This document shows, piece after piece, positions 56,809 to 56,840 of a stretch of DNA of 56,840 nt; within the stretch, counting starts at the first letter, position 1; each line of letters starts with the position of its first letter. The notes beneath the pieces are model-generated. The model saw only the letters and a program-made list of their open reading frames with translations, had not been told where the DNA came from and did not search any database. This DNA is from Octopus bimaculoides (taxonomy: Eukaryota), in assembly GCF_001194135.2 (NCBI RefSeq), contig NC_068996.1:45234813-45291652 (forward strand), written 5' to 3'. Made by a program: the position numbers and the translations under genes.

Positions 56809-56840
<32 letters not shown>

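Overview
Eukaryotic (animal) draft-genome DNA, AT-rich and full of microsatellites, with 18 N-gaps (~6.3 kb), most flanked by (TA)n. The tRNA-type SINE families and repeat landscape look like a coleoid cephalopod, probably Octopus. That is recognition from memory, not a database result. No host protein-coding gene can be called with confidence, and the window reads as intronic/intergenic DNA. Most ORF-track entries are microsatellite or N-gap artefacts. Supported content: two Penelope-like element relics (RT + GIY-YIG), a Tx1/L1-type LINE 3' fragment, an RTE fragment, a long internally deleted R4/Dong-type (REL endonuclease) retrotransposon plus three 3' fragments of another REL family, a deleted Helitron with an intact 3' hairpin-CTAG end, a non-autonomous Helentron (HINE/DINE-like), a mariner relic, and dozens of copies of two tRNA-derived SINE families. 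Least-explained signals: (i) an intronless, same-strand block at ~0.45-2.3 kb carrying two tandem paralogous ~100-aa ORFs of a family I do not recognise, upstream of a polyA-signal 3' end that also appears as the tail of one SINE copy; (ii) a 93-bp tandem array made from a SINE 3' tail (54.7-55.8 kb); (iii) a CpG-rich island with candidate minus-strand 5' exons (24.8-27.5 kb).
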